Assembly: GCA_963823555.1 (NCBI GenBank)
Contig: CAWGMA010000001.1
Span: 1,024,001 to 1,088,000 of the forward strand
From: Candidatus Eiseniibacteriota bacterium
GTDB lineage: Bacteria; Eisenbacteria; RBG-16-71-46; CAVPCR01
Direction of reading: 5' to 3'
Length of the DNA: 64,000 bases
The translations under genes and the position numbers were made by a program. Positions 38,183 to 51,977 of this stretch are shown in pieces; the first letter of the stretch is position 1; every line of letters begins with the position of its first letter. The notes under the pieces were generated by a model. That model saw only the letters and a program-made list of their open reading frames with translations. It ran no database searches and was not told the origin of the DNA.

Positions 38183-39692
38183 ATGAAGATCACGAACGAC
38201 CTGGTCCGGAGCCGGTTCGAGAAGCTCGAGCGCCTCAAGGCGGCGGGCAAGTCGCCCTACGCCTACTCGGCGCAGGTGACGGCGCGCCCGGGAGCGATCC
38301 TCGATGATGCCGAGCGCATGATCGAGAGCACCGCCGTGGTGCACGTCGCCGGGCGGCTGATGGCTGTCCGAGGCCACGGCAAGGCGAGCTTCGGTGTCGT
38401 GCAGGATCTCGGCCGGAAGATCCAGATCTACTTCCGGGAGGATACGCTGGGGCCCGAGACCTATGGTCTCCTCCCGCTTCTCGATCTCGGGGACTGGATC
38501 GCGGTCTCGGGGAAGGTGTTCCGCACCCGCACGGGGGAGGTGACGGTCGCCGCCGAGAGCCTCGAGCTCCTCTCGAAGGCGCTCCTGCCGCCGCCCGCCA
38601 AGTGGCACGGGCTCAAGGACCATGAGACCCGCTACCGCCAGCGCTATGCCGATCTCATCGCCAACGACGAGGTGCGCCGGGTGGCCCTCCTCCGTTCGCG
38701 CCTCGTCCGCGCCGTCCGCCGCTTCCTCGACGAGCGGGGCTATCGTCGAGGTCGAGACCCCGGTCCTGCAGCCGATCTACGGCGGCGCGTTCGCGCGCCC
38801 GTTCACCACCCGCCACAACGCGCTCGGGATCCCTCTCTACCTCCGCATCTCCGACGAGCTCTATCTCAAGCGCCTCATCGTCGGCGGACTCGACCGCGTC
38901 TACGAGATCGGCAAGGACTTCCGCAACGAGGGCATCGACAAGAACCACAATCCCGAGTTCACGATGCTCGAGTACTACGAGGCCTACGCCGACTATCACG
39001 CCATGATGGAGACGGTCGAGTCGATGCTCCTCTTCGTGCGCTCGGATCTCGGGCTCGAGGGGCCGAGCACGTGGCGGGGGCACGCGATCGACTGGACGCC
39101 GCCCTTCGGGCGCATCCGCTACTTCAAGGCTCTGGCGGAGGCGGCCGGCCTGGATGTGACGGAGGCACCCATCGAACGCCTCGCCGAGATCGCCGCCCGG
39201 CACGAGATCGACGTCCCGGCGAACTCGCCGCGTGCCGCCTACTACGACCCGCTCTTCGGAGCGCTCGTCGAGCCGGCCCTCGTCCACCCGACCTTCGTCC
39301 TCGATTACCCGCGCGAGATCTCGCCGCTCGCCAAGGTGAAGCGAGATGACGAGCGGGTGGTCGAGCGCTTCGAGCTGTATGTCGCTTGCATGGAGCTCGC
39401 CAACGCCTTCTCCGAGCAGAACGATCCCCTGGCCCAGGAGGAGGCGCTCCGGATCCAGGAGGAGAGGCGGCGGGGGGGCGACGAGGAAGCCCAGGCCTTC
39501 GACCACGACTATGTGCGGGCCCTCATGTACGGCATGCCGCCCACCGGCGGTGTCGGCATGGGCATCGACCGGCTGGCCATGCTCCTTTCCGGCGCCGAGA
39601 CCATCCGGGATGTCATACTCTTCCCGTTGCTCAAGCCCGAGCCCGCCGATGTGGCGCTCGACGCGGAGGTCGAGGACGCGCCCGAAGCCTAG
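38183..39692 (+). CDS. lysS: lysine--tRNA ligase, class II (apparent frameshift near 38742)
   Basis: [51 protein letters not shown]. Confidence 0.96.
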
Positions 39693-39701
39693 AGGAGCAA
39701 G

Positions 39702-41006
39702 GTGAGCACCCAAGAAGCGCTGGAGATGAAGGAGCCATCGGCGCCCGCCCGGCCCGCGTCGCGCCGCTGGTTCTCCGCCTTCGAGCTCTACGTCGCTCGC
39801 CGCTACCTGTGGTCGCGGCCGCGGCAGAGCTTCATCACGCTCATCTCCCTGATCTCGATCTGCGGCGTCATCGTGGGGGTGTGGGTGCTGACGACCACGC
39901 TCTCCGCGATGAACGGCTTCGAGTACGAGGTGCAGTCGAAGATCGTGGGATCCAACGCCCACGTCGTGGTCCTGACGCGAGATCCCGCCGGCATCGTGAA
40001 TCACGAAGAGGTGGCGCGCCGGCTCGCCGCGATGCCGGACGTCGTGGCGGTAGCACCCATGATCTACTCGAAGGCGATGCTCGCCGCGCAGGGCCGGGCC
40101 GACGGCGTGGTCTTGAAGGGCATCGACCTCGCCGCCGAGCAGAACGTGACCGAGATCACGCGCTATGTGACGCCCGAGGTGAAGGGCATCGACGAGGCAT
40201 CGCGGAGCGGGCTCCCCGGCATGATCCTCGGCTTCGAGGTGGCGCTCCGCCTCGCCGTCGGGGTCGGGGACTCGGTGGTCCTGAGCTCGCCGCTCCGCAC
40301 CGTCCGCACCCCGCTCGGGTCGGTACCCCTGGTCAAGCGCTTCGAGGTCGTCGGCATCTTCCACTCGGGCATGTACGAGTACGATGCCAGCTTCTGCTAT
40401 GTCTCGATTCCAGCCGCCCAGGAGTACCTGGAGCTCGAGGACCGGGTGACCGGAATCGAGATGAAGCTCGTCGACATGTTCGACGCCTCCCTGGTGTCCC
40501 GGGAGGCCGAGCTCATCCTCGGCCCGCCCTATGTCGCCAACAACTGGATCGATCTGAATCGAAATCTGTTCTCGTGGATGAAGATCGAGAAGTTCTTCAT
40601 GTTCCTGATCCTCCTTCTCATCATCCTGGTAGCCGCCTTCAACATCGCCTCGATGCTGTTCATGGTGGTCATGGACAAGAAGCGAGACATCGGGGTCCTG
40701 CGCTCGATGGGGGCGACGAGCGGCTCGATCATGCGCATCTTCATCCTCGAGGGGCTGATCGTGGCGGTGATCGGGACCGCGATCGGGAGCTTCCTCGGGG
40801 TCGTCACCTCCTATGTCATCGGGCGCTACGAAATCGTGTCCCTGCCGGGAGATGTGTACTTCATCGACAAGCTGCCGATAAGGATGGAGGCGCTCGACTT
40901 CCTGGCCGTGGCCGGGGCGGCGCTCGTGATCTGCTTCCTGGCGACCCTCTACCCCTCCTGGCGTGCCAGTCGCATGGTGCCCGTCGAGGCCATCCGCTAT
41001 GAATGA
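39702..41006 (+). CDS. lolE: lipoprotein-releasing ABC transporter permease LolC/E
   Basis: ARRYL, AMNGFE, VAAFNI, IGVLRSMGA, TLYPSWRA...EAIRYE. Confidence 0.92.
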   Translation: MSTQEALEMKEPSAPARPASRRWFSAFELYVARRYLWSRPRQSFITLISLISICGVIVGVWVLTTTLSAMNGFEYEVQSKIVGSNAHVVVLTRDPAGIVNHEEVARRLAAMPDVVAVAPMIYSKAMLAAQGRADGVVLKGIDLAAEQNVTEITRYVTPEVKGIDEASRSGLPGMILGFEVALRLAVGVGDSVVLSSPLRTVRTPLGSVPLVKRFEVVGIFHSGMYEYDASFCYVSIPAAQEYLELEDRVTGIEMKLVDMFDASLVSREAELILGPPYVANNWIDLNRNLFSWMKIEKFFMFLILLLIILVAAFNIASMLFMVVMDKKRDIGVLRSMGATSGSIMRIFILEGLIVAVIGTAIGSFLGVVTSYVIGRYEIVSLPGDVYFIDKLPIRMEALDFLAVAGAALVICFLATLYPSWRASRMVPVEAIRYE

Positions 41007-41724
41007 GGCCGGAATGGGGGCGGGGCCCGGAGGCGCGAGGGGCCTGACTATAATGAGGGCGATCGGTCTCAGGAAGTCGTTCCCCACGCCGCGCGGCTCG
41101 CTCGATGTCCTGACCGACGTCCATCTCGAGGTCGGGGCGGGGGAGAGTGTCGCCATCGTCGGGGCCTCGGGAGCGGGGAAGTCGACCCTGCTCCACATCC
41201 TCGGCGCCCTGGATCGCCCGAGCGCGGGGCAGGTGGTGATCGACGATCAGGACCTCTTTGCTCTCGGCGATTCCTCGCTCGCCCGGTTCCGGAACCGGAC
41301 GATCGGGTTCGTGTTCCAGTTTCATCACTTGCTGCCGGAATTCAGTGCCGTTGAAAACGTTATGATGCCTGGTCTAATCTCCGGGGTGAGTGTGATCGAG
41401 GCGCGCGCGCGGGCCGAGCGACTGCTCGCGCGCGTGGGGCTCGAGCGCTGGGCCGAGCACCGGCCGAGCGAGCTCTCGGGTGGGGAGCAGCAGCGGGTGG
41501 CGGTGGCGCGGGCGCTCATGAACTCGCCGCGCATCATCCTCGCCGATGAGCCCTCCGGGAATCTCGATCAGGCCTCGTCGGACGAGCTCTATCGCCTGCT
41601 CGAGGAGCTGCGACTCGGCGAGGGGGTGAGCCTCGTCGTCGTCACCCACGATCTCGATGCGGCCCGGCGGGCGGATCGGGTCCTCCGGCTGGCCGAAGGG
41701 GTGGCGAGCCCGGTCGTCGTCTAG
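40999..41724 (+). CDS. lolD: lipoprotein-releasing ABC transporter ATPase
   Basis: GASGAGKSTLL, GFVFQFHHLL, LSGGEQQRV, ADEPSGNLD. Confidence 0.92.
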   Translation: MNEAGMGAGPGGARGLTIMRAIGLRKSFPTPRGSLDVLTDVHLEVGAGESVAIVGASGAGKSTLLHILGALDRPSAGQVVIDDQDLFALGDSSLARFRNRTIGFVFQFHHLLPEFSAVENVMMPGLISGVSVIEARARAERLLARVGLERWAEHRPSELSGGEQQRVAVARALMNSPRIILADEPSGNLDQASSDELYRLLEELRLGEGVSLVVVTHDLDAARRADRVLRLAEGVASPVVV

Positions 41725-41836
41725 ACTTATTATAGGTAAGAGCCCTGGCGGTGGCCCCAGGGAGAGCCCTGCCGGCGCCCGCGGGGGCGTGAATCGACAG
41801 CTGCGGCCGCCCGGTCCAATAGGTGGAGAGTGACCA

Positions 41837-42382
41837 GTGGTCAAGAAGTGTCAAAACTGCGGCAAGGCGCCCGCCAAGCACCACATCAAGAAGTGGGAGA
41901 ACAACGTCGAGGTGGACCTCGCGCTGTGCGACGCCTGCGCCGAGGCGAAGGGCTTCGCTCCCACGGGCGTCAAGAAGGGAAGCCTGGCCGAGACCCTGGG
42001 GGAGATGCTCGACGGCCTTGACGGCGTGGCCGAGGGGGCGGTGGGCAGCATCCAGTGCGGGCGGTGCGGCCTTCTCTACTCGACGTTCCGGCAGACCGGC
42101 CGGCTCGGCTGCCCCCAGTGCTACATCGCTTTCGAGAAGCAGCTGAAGCCGATCCTGAGGCGCGTGCATGGTGCCGTCCAGCATTCCGGTAAGGCACCAG
42201 CCGGCGATGACGAGCACGCCGTCAGGCGCCGGGAGCTCAAGCGAATCCAGGACGAGATGGAGCGGGCGGTGGCCCGCGAGGAGTTCGAGCTCGCGGCCCG
42301 GCTCCGCGACGAGATCCGCAAGCTGTCCGAGGGCCAGGTGGCCGAGCACCCGGGCGCCACGGGCGGCGAGCGAAACAACTAG
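41837..42382 (+). CDS. mcsA: McsA, activator of protein-arginine kinase
   Basis: Four CxxC motifs, GRLGCPQCY, RVHG, UVR domain EEFELAARLRD. Confidence 0.92.
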   Translation: MVKKCQNCGKAPAKHHIKKWENNVEVDLALCDACAEAKGFAPTGVKKGSLAETLGEMLDGLDGVAEGAVGSIQCGRCGLLYSTFRQTGRLGCPQCYIAFEKQLKPILRRVHGAVQHSGKAPAGDDEHAVRRRELKRIQDEMERAVAREEFELAARLRDEIRKLSEGQVAEHPGATGGERNN

Positions 42383-42421
42383 CGCTCATGGAGCGCAGCC
42401 TTGACGGACGAGGGGAGCTCG

Positions 42422-43495
42422 ATGAGCGCATCCGCACTTGACGAACTGGTCGGCAAGCCGAGCCGGTGGTTGACCGAGGCCGGCAGCGAGTCCGATCTCG
42501 TTCTCTCCACGCGGGTCCGGCTGGCCCGGAACCTGCGCGATCTGCCCTTCACCCAGCGCGCGGCCGACGAGGAGATGGGCGTGGTCGTGTCGCGCGTGGT
42601 CTCGGCGTGCCAGAGCTCGTCCCAGCTCGGGGGCGGGAGCTTCTTGAGCATGAATGAGCTCTCCGAGCTCGATCGCCAGTTCCTCGCCGAGCGTCATCTC
42701 ATCAGCCGCGAGATGGTCTCCGAGTCCCGTCCCGCCGGGCTCTATCTCACCAAGGGCGAGCACGGAACGGTCATGGTCAACGAGGAGGATCACCTCCGCA
42801 TCACGACCGTCGTCCCGGGGCTCGAGCTCGACACCGCCTGGGGCGAGGTTCGGGCCATCGAGGAGGAGCTCGATTCGGCCCTCGAGTTCGCCTATTCGGA
42901 TGATCTCGGCTACCTGACCGCGTGCCCGACCAATGTCGGAACCGGGATGCGGCTCTCGGTGTTCCTGCATCTACCCTCCCTGGTCCTCACCAAGAAGATT
43001 CGCCAGGTGCTGCGTGGGATCAGCCAGGTGGGGCTTGCGGTCCGCGGCTTCTACGGCGAGGGATCCGAGATCCTCGGCAACTTCTTTCAGGTCTCGAACC
43101 AGCAGACGCTCGGGCTCTCCGAGCGGGAGACCATCGACAACCTGGACAAGGTCACCCGCCAGGTGATGGAGTCGGAGGTCCGGGCCCGGCGTATCCTGCG
43201 TCAAGGAGGCCCGCCTCCAGCTCGAGGACAAGATCTTCCGCGCCTACGGCACCCTCGATCCATGCGCGGGTGCTGACGGCGAGGAGGTGATCAACCTGGT
43301 GTCGGCCGTGCGCTTCGGGGTCGCCCTCGGCATCGGCGTTCCGGTCGACCTCGCCAGCCTGCAACCAGCTCCTGGTGCTCACCCAGCCGGCTCATCTCCA
43401 GAAGATGGCCGGCCAGGAGATGAGCGAGGCGGAGCGCAACGCCTATCGTGCCGAACTGGTGCGCGCAGCGACTGTCGCCGGCAAGCACGAACTGA
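42422..43495 (+). CDS. mcsB: protein arginine kinase McsB (several apparent frameshifts after ~43200; end inferred)
   Basis: STRVRLARN, ERHLIS, VNEEDHLR, CPTNVGTG, RGFYGEGS, QPAHLQ. Confidence 0.9.
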
Positions 43496-43564
43496 TTCCG
43501 GCGCGCCTGACGATTCGAGCCCAGAGCCGGCGCCTCGGGAGCGCCGCAGCGAGGAGGAGAGGAC

Positions 43565-46056
<2,492 letters not shown>

Positions 46057-46064
46057 CCTCGTCC

Positions 46065-46088
46065 CGGGCCGGGCAGCAGCCCGGCCCG
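46065..46088 (+). terminator. GC hairpin after clpC
   Basis: CGGGCCGGGC-AGCA-GCCCGGCCCG, a perfect 10-bp stem with no U tail. Confidence 0.45.
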
Positions 46089-46374
46089 AGGCCTGTGAGC
46101 GCCCCCGGCGCTCCCTCCCCAGGGCCCTGGCCCGCAGGGGTGGGGCTCCGGGGGCTTCTCGTTGCCCGGCCGGCGCTGGCAAGCAAGCGAAACTCCAAGC
46201 GCCACAACCGGGTAAGAAGCTGAAGACGGGCCAGGATGCGGTATCGCAAAGGAAACCGGCCCCGGTGTCCCTCTGCCGCCCGGGTCTGGTAGGATGCCGC
46301 CGGCCGGAAATCCACCGGCAAGCGCGCGGGATCGTCAAGTACGGTCGGTATTTCCGGGCTCAATCGAGGCAGAG

Positions 46375-48729
46375 GTGGACCACACAGGACGCGTGGATCA
46401 GACCCAGCTGACCGGCAGCTCTCCGGCCGGGGAAAACCAGGCGGCCGCGCCACCGCGGCTCCGGAGGGGAGCCGGCGGGCATTGGATCCTGCCCTGGGTC
46501 GCGCTCGTCGGCCTTTCCCTCCTCCCGCCTTCCGCCGCCCGCGCCGAGGCCCTGGGCGAGCTCGCCGAGATCGAGGTTCGCGGCAATCGCTCGGTCGACG
46601 CCGAGCTCATCGTGAGCTCGACCCGCCTCACGACCGGGATGACGCTCACCCGGGACGATGTCGGTGAGGCCGCGCGCAAGCTCTTCAAGCTCGGGCTCTT
46701 CGATGACGTCGATGTCTATGGCGAAGAGATCGGTCCCGACCGGATCCGTCTCATCATCGATGTCGAGGAGAAGCGGCGCGTGGTCGCGATCCGCTTCGAC
46801 GGCAACAAGAAGATCGATGATGCGACGCTACGCGAGAAGATGACGGTCAAGGAAGGACAGATCTTCGATGACCGCATTCTCGCCGAGCAGATCAAGGCCC
46901 TGGTCACCGCCTACAAGGAAAAGGGCTACTCGCAGGTGCAGGTCGCCAGCGAAGTCACGGCCAACACCAGCGAGGGGCCGGGGCGCGTGGATCTCGACTT
47001 CACGATCGAGGAAGGGCAGAAGGTCAAGGTCACCGAGGTCCGGCTGACCGGTGCCGAGGGCATCAATCGCGCCGCCTTGCTCGACGGTGTCAAGACCAAG
47101 AAGAAGAGCTTCTACTTCTTCGGCGGCGACTTCAAGGAAGAGGTGTTGCGCGAGGATCTCGAGCGAGTCGCGACCAACCTGCGCAACATGGGCTACATGG
47201 ATGCCAAGACGCCCGAGGTCAAGCTCCATTTCGCCGAGAACGAGCCCGAGCTCACAGTCGAGATCGCGGTCGAGCCCGGCGTCTTCTACAAGATGGGTGA
47301 CGCCACGTGGAGCGGGAACTCGGTGCTCTCGACCGGTCAGCTCGAGCGTCAGGTGGTGTGGTTCCCGGAGGACCCCTACTCGGAAGAGAAGGTCTCGACC
47401 ACCGTCTCCAATGCCTATTCGGCCTATGCCGAAGAGGGTTACATCTATGTGAGCGTGGAGCCGCGCAAGGTGGTCAACGGCAACCGGGTGTCGATGGAAT
47501 TCACCGTCACCGAGGGCGAGCCGTCGATGGTGCGCCAGGTCCGGATCACGGGGAACACGCGCACCAAGGAGAAGGTGGTCCGACGCCAGCTCGTCATCCG
47601 CCCCGGGGATCGATTCTCGCGCTCGGCGCTCGTCCGCAGTCAGCGTGAGGTCTTCCAGCTCGGTTTCTTCGAGGACGTCCGCGTCGATTTCGAGCGCGCC
47701 GGCCAGGGCACCTCTGACATCGATGTCGTGTTCAACGTCAAGGAGAAGCAGACCGGAACGCTGCAGGCCGGGGCCGGGTTCTCCTCCGCCGGCGGTCTCA
47801 CCGGCTTCATCGAGATGGGCCACAACAATCTCTTCGGAAACGGCCAGCAGCTCAATCTCAAGATCGAGGCCGGAGGACGCAGCGGCCAGCAGGAGATCAG
47901 CTTCACCGAGCCCTGGTTCCGCGACACGCCGACCTCGGTCGGATTCGATCTCTTCAACACGCGTATCCGCCGCGACATCTATGACGACCGCCGCCGCGGC
48001 GGCGCGATTCGACTCGGCCGGCCGCTACCGTGGCCCGACTTCACGCGGGGATTCGTGAGCTACCGTCTCGAGAACGTGAACATCTCGAACGTGGACCCGG
48101 GATACAACGTGCGCCAGGGCACGACGACGACGTCCTCGGTCTCCGTCACCTTCTCTCGCAACTCGACCGACAACCCCTTCTACCCGCGGACCGGGAGCCG
48201 GGTCACATGGCGCTCCGAGTTCGCGGGCGCGCTGTTCGGCGGCGACGTCGACTTCATGAAGCACGTGCTCGACGCGCGGACCTATATTCCCACCTACGGG
48301 CGTCCCGTCCTGATGCTGCGCAGCCGTGGCGGGCTCCTGACCGGCTACGGCGGGTCGGCCCTGGTCCCCGATTACGAGACGTTCCGTCTCGGCGGCTCGA
48401 CGACCTACTTCCTGCGCGGCTACTCCGATTACGAGATCGTGCCGCGGGGCAACGACCGCTATCCGGGGGGGCGCGTCGCCGCCACGTTCACCGCGGAAGT
48501 GCAGTTCCTGATCGCCGAGCCGGTGCACGGGCTCGTCTTCCTCGATGCCGGAGATACCTGGAACTCGACCGACCAGGTGCGTCTAGGGGATCTACGCAAG
48601 GGAGCCGGCTTCGGTGTGCGCCTCGAGATCCCGCTCCTCGGGATGATCGGGTTCGACTACGGCTATGGATTCGATCGTGTCGGTGGAGGAGCCTGGGAGC
48701 CACACTTCCTGATCGGGGCGCAGTTCTAG
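46375..48729 (+). CDS. bamA: outer membrane protein assembly factor BamA (start approximate)
   Basis: POTRA repeats, GNTRTKEKVVRR, NLFGNGQ, FTEPW, LRGY, C-terminal Phe. Confidence 0.95.
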   Translation: MDHTGRVDQTQLTGSSPAGENQAAAPPRLRRGAGGHWILPWVALVGLSLLPPSAARAEALGELAEIEVRGNRSVDAELIVSSTRLTTGMTLTRDDVGEAARKLFKLGLFDDVDVYGEEIGPDRIRLIIDVEEKRRVVAIRFDGNKKIDDATLREKMTVKEGQIFDDRILAEQIKALVTAYKEKGYSQVQVASEVTANTSEGPGRVDLDFTIEEGQKVKVTEVRLTGAEGINRAALLDGVKTKKKSFYFFGGDFKEEVLREDLERVATNLRNMGYMDAKTPEVKLHFAENEPELTVEIAVEPGVFYKMGDATWSGNSVLSTGQLERQVVWFPEDPYSEEKVSTTVSNAYSAYAEEGYIYVSVEPRKVVNGNRVSMEFTVTEGEPSMVRQVRITGNTRTKEKVVRRQLVIRPGDRFSRSALVRSQREVFQLGFFEDVRVDFERAGQGTSDIDVVFNVKEKQTGTLQAGAGFSSAGGLTGFIEMGHNNLFGNGQQLNLKIEAGGRSGQQEISFTEPWFRDTPTSVGFDLFNTRIRRDIYDDRRRGGAIRLGRPLPWPDFTRGFVSYRLENVNISNVDPGYNVRQGTTTTSSVSVTFSRNSTDNPFYPRTGSRVTWRSEFAGALFGGDVDFMKHVLDARTYIPTYGRPVLMLRSRGGLLTGYGGSALVPDYETFRLGGSTTYFLRGYSDYEIVPRGNDRYPGGRVAATFTAEVQFLIAEPVHGLVFLDAGDTWNSTDQVRLGDLRKGAGFGVRLEIPLLGMIGFDYGYGFDRVGGGAWEPHFLIGAQF

Positions 48730-48884
48730 CCGCCGCGCCCCTCGTCTCGCGCCCCATGGGCGCTGTTTCAATGGGTTTCGGCCTGCCGGCGCCACCGGCG
48801 CAGCCGGCCGCAGAGTTGGGCCTTTCCAGCCGGGAGGGAGTGGGCTACACTCCTTTGCTTCGGATGACCAAGATGAAAGGACAG

Positions 48885-49547
48885 ATGGACACCTACACGC
48901 TGGCCGCGGCGAGGGACGCATCCGGGCGCTCGAATCGCCGCGCGCTCTATTTCTCCTGCGCGATTCTGGCTGCCGCCCTGGTGCTGGCCCCGCGCGATTC
49001 GTCAGCCCAGCGCATCGCCTACCTCTCGACCTGGCGCATCATCGGCCCCGAGGCCGAGTACCAGGGCAGCCGGGACGCCGAGCAGAGCCTGAATCGCGAC
49101 ATCGAGGGCTGGAACCGGGACCTCGAGGAGAAGAAGCAGGAGATCCTGGCTCTCGAGCAGGAGATCGAGCAGAAGCGGCTCCTCATCTCCGAAACCAAGC
49201 GCCAGGAGCTGGAGCAGAAGCGCACGCAGCTGGCGGGCGATTACGAGCGTCGGGTCAAGGAGGTCTACGGCGAAGGCGGCCTCATCGACCGCAAGAACTT
49301 CGAGCTCACGAAATCCATTCTCGACAAGGTGAAGGAGGCCGTGAGCATCATCGCCCGCGATGAGGGGTACGATTTCGTCTTCGACGCCAGCGATGCCAAC
49401 CTGGTGTGGGCCAACAAGGACTTCGACATCACAGACCGCGTCCTGACCAAGATGGCCGAGGGCCTGCCGACGCAGCCCGGGGCGCAGCCGACCAGCCCGC
49501 CGCCGGTGCCCCAGCAGCCGCCGATCGGTGACGGGCGCAACGACTAG
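48885..49547 (+). CDS. skp: OmpH/Skp periplasmic chaperone
   Basis: Signal peptide, QRIAY, coiled coil, GYDFVFD...DITDRV; position after bamA. Confidence 0.88.
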   Translation: MDTYTLAAARDASGRSNRRALYFSCAILAAALVLAPRDSSAQRIAYLSTWRIIGPEAEYQGSRDAEQSLNRDIEGWNRDLEEKKQEILALEQEIEQKRLLISETKRQELEQKRTQLAGDYERRVKEVYGEGGLIDRKNFELTKSILDKVKEAVSIIARDEGYDFVFDASDANLVWANKDFDITDRVLTKMAEGLPTQPGAQPTSPPPVPQQPPIGDGRND

Positions 49548-49559
49548 CGGGATCTTTCC

Positions 49560-50657
49560 ATGCGGCTCGGAGAGCTGGCAGCGAAAATCGGCGGTGTCCT
49601 CCACGGCGATCCGGATGTCGAGATCACCGGGGTCGCTGGCGTGCGCGATGCGGGCACCGGCGATCTGACGTTCCTCGCCGATCCGCGCTATGAGGGCGCC
49701 GCGGCGAAGACTCGCGCGGCCGCCATCCTTGTCGCCGCCAACCACCGCAGCTTCGCCCTGCCGTCGATCGAGCATGCCGATCCCTATCGGGCCTTTCTCG
49801 CCGCGGTTGCGCTCTTGAGGCCGGTGCCCCCGCAAGCGCCGGCGGGGGTTCACCCCACGGCGGTGATCGGTCCCGGCGTGCGGCTGGGACCCGAGGTGTC
49901 GGTCGGGCCGCATGCGGTCATCGAAGCCGAGGCGGAGATCGGCCATGATGCCGTGATCGGCGCCGGGGTCTTCATCGGCCGCCGGGCTCGCGTCGGGGCG
50001 GCGACCATGCTCTTTCCGAAGGTCGTGATCCGTGAGGAGTGCATTCTCGGCGAGCGGGTCATCATCCACTCGGGCACCGTCATCGGATCGGACGGTTTCG
50101 GTTTCCTGCGCGATGGCCCCCGGCTGGTGAAGGTGCCCCAGCGCGGACGAGTCGTGATCGGCGATGACGTCGAGATCGGAGCTTGCTGCGCCATCGATCG
50201 CGGCACGGTGGGGGAGACGATCATCGGCCGCGGCACCAAGTTCGACAACCTGGTGCATGTCGGGCACAACGTGCGCATCGGCGAGGACTCGATCGTGGTG
50301 GCGCAAGTCGGGATCAGCGGCTCGGCCACCATCGGTCGCAACGTCGTCATCGCCGGGCAGGCCGGGATCAACGGCCACATCGAGATCGGGGATGGAGCCC
50401 AGGTCGGGGCCCAGTCCGGGGTCGTCGGCTCGCTCGAGCCGGGTGCCCGGGTGTGGGGCACGCCGGCGCTGCCCTATCCCAGGTCCAAGCGCGTCTATGC
50501 CGCCCTCCGCCGCGCCCCCGAGCTCCTGCGCCTGGTCGCCGAGCTCGAGAAGCGCGTGGCATCTCTCGAGGCGGAGCTCGGCGCCTCCCGTGGCCCCGTC
50601 CGGGCCGCACCCGGTGCCCGGTCGTCGCCCCGCGTCCAGTCTGCCGAGGAGTCATGA
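49560..50657 (+). CDS. lpxD: UDP-3-O-acyl-glucosamine N-acyltransferase
   Basis: Hexapeptide repeats, GSDGFGF, IDRGT, DNLVHVGHN. Confidence 0.95.
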   Translation: MRLGELAAKIGGVLHGDPDVEITGVAGVRDAGTGDLTFLADPRYEGAAAKTRAAAILVAANHRSFALPSIEHADPYRAFLAAVALLRPVPPQAPAGVHPTAVIGPGVRLGPEVSVGPHAVIEAEAEIGHDAVIGAGVFIGRRARVGAATMLFPKVVIREECILGERVIIHSGTVIGSDGFGFLRDGPRLVKVPQRGRVVIGDDVEIGACCAIDRGTVGETIIGRGTKFDNLVHVGHNVRIGEDSIVVAQVGISGSATIGRNVVIAGQAGINGHIEIGDGAQVGAQSGVVGSLEPGARVWGTPALPYPRSKRVYAALRRAPELLRLVAELEKRVASLEAELGASRGPVRAAPGARSSPRVQSAEES

Positions 50658-51973
50658 CCAAGCAGCGAACCATCGAGCGTCCTGTCTCCTTCCAAGGGAT
50701 CGGGCTCCACTCCGGAGCGCAATGCACGGTCACCTTTCATCCGGACGAGATCAACTCCGGGATCTCATTCCTGCGCACCGATCTGCCCGGCACGGCGCGG
50801 ATCCCGGTCGGCCCGCAGGCGGCGCGTTACGATCCCGCGCGTGGCCGTCGCACGATCCTCTCCAACGGTCAGGTGGAGGTGCACACCGTCGAGCACATCC
50901 TGGCCGCCGTCCATGGGCTCAGCATCGACAACCTGAGGATCGAGATCGATGGCGAGGAGGCCCCGGAGCCAGAGGACGGCAGCGCGATCCCGATCGTCGA
51001 GACGCTCAAGTCGGGCGGCCTTCGCGAGCAGGATGCACCCCGCCGTTACCTCCGGCTCGATGGGCCGGTGAGCTTCAATGAGCGGGACGTGCAGCTCCTT
51101 GCGGTCCCCCACGATGGCCTCCGCATCACCTATACGATCGACTATCCCAACCGCGTGGTGGGAACGCAGAGCGCCAGCTTCGAGCTCGATCCCGACACCT
51201 TCGAGCGCGAGATCGCGCCGGCGCGCACTTTTGTTCTCATGCGCGATGTCGAGGGGTTGCGCCGGGCCGGGATGATCAAGGGCGGCAGCATCTCGAACGC
51301 CGTCGTCGTCGAGGACGAGGGCATTCTCAACAACGAGCCCCTGCGCTTTCCCAACGAGTTCGTGCGGCACAAGATCCTCGATCTCCTCGGTGATCTCTGC
51401 TGCGTCGGGGCGCCGCTCCGGGCGCACATCGTCGCCTTCCGCTCCGGCCATGAATCGCACGTCAAGTTCGTGCGCAAGCTGCACGAAGCGACCGCCAACT
51501 CGGTCGGGGGCGCCCGTCCCACGCTGACCGCCGACGGCGAGCGGATCTGGGACATCACGGCCATCGAGCGCATCATGCCCCATCGCTACCCGATGCTGCT
51601 CGTCGACCGCATCCTGGAGCTCACGGACGAGCGGGTGGTGGGCATCAAGAACGTCACCGTCAACGAAGCCTTCTTCGCCGGGCATTTTCCCGGTCATCCG
51701 ATCATGCCGGCGGTGCTGATCATCGAGGCCATGGCCCAGGTCGGGGGGTTCATGCTCCTCAATCGCGTCCAGGAGCCCGACTCGAAGCTCGTCTACTTCA
51801 TCGGTATCGACAACGCGAAGTTCCGGCGGCCGGTCATTCCCGGCGACCAGCTGCGCTTCGAGCTGACGCTGCTCAAGCTCAAGGGCAGGATCTGCAAGAT
51901 GCAGGGCAAGGCCTTCGTCGACGGCAATCTGGTCGCGGAGGCGGAGCTCCTGTCGAGCGTGATCGAGCGGTGA
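50654..51973 (+). CDS. lpxC/fabZ: bifunctional LpxC deacetylase / FabZ dehydratase
   Basis: QRTI...GIGLHSG, TVEH, IAPARTF, RHKILDLLGDL, PHRYPMLLVD, FAGHFP. Confidence 0.95.
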   Translation: MTKQRTIERPVSFQGIGLHSGAQCTVTFHPDEINSGISFLRTDLPGTARIPVGPQAARYDPARGRRTILSNGQVEVHTVEHILAAVHGLSIDNLRIEIDGEEAPEPEDGSAIPIVETLKSGGLREQDAPRRYLRLDGPVSFNERDVQLLAVPHDGLRITYTIDYPNRVVGTQSASFELDPDTFEREIAPARTFVLMRDVEGLRRAGMIKGGSISNAVVVEDEGILNNEPLRFPNEFVRHKILDLLGDLCCVGAPLRAHIVAFRSGHESHVKFVRKLHEATANSVGGARPTLTADGERIWDITAIERIMPHRYPMLLVDRILELTDERVVGIKNVTVNEAFFAGHFPGHPIMPAVLIIEAMAQVGGFMLLNRVQEPDSKLVYFIGIDNAKFRRPVIPGDQLRFELTLLKLKGRICKMQGKAFVDGNLVAEAELLSSVIER

Positions 51974-51977
51974 GCGC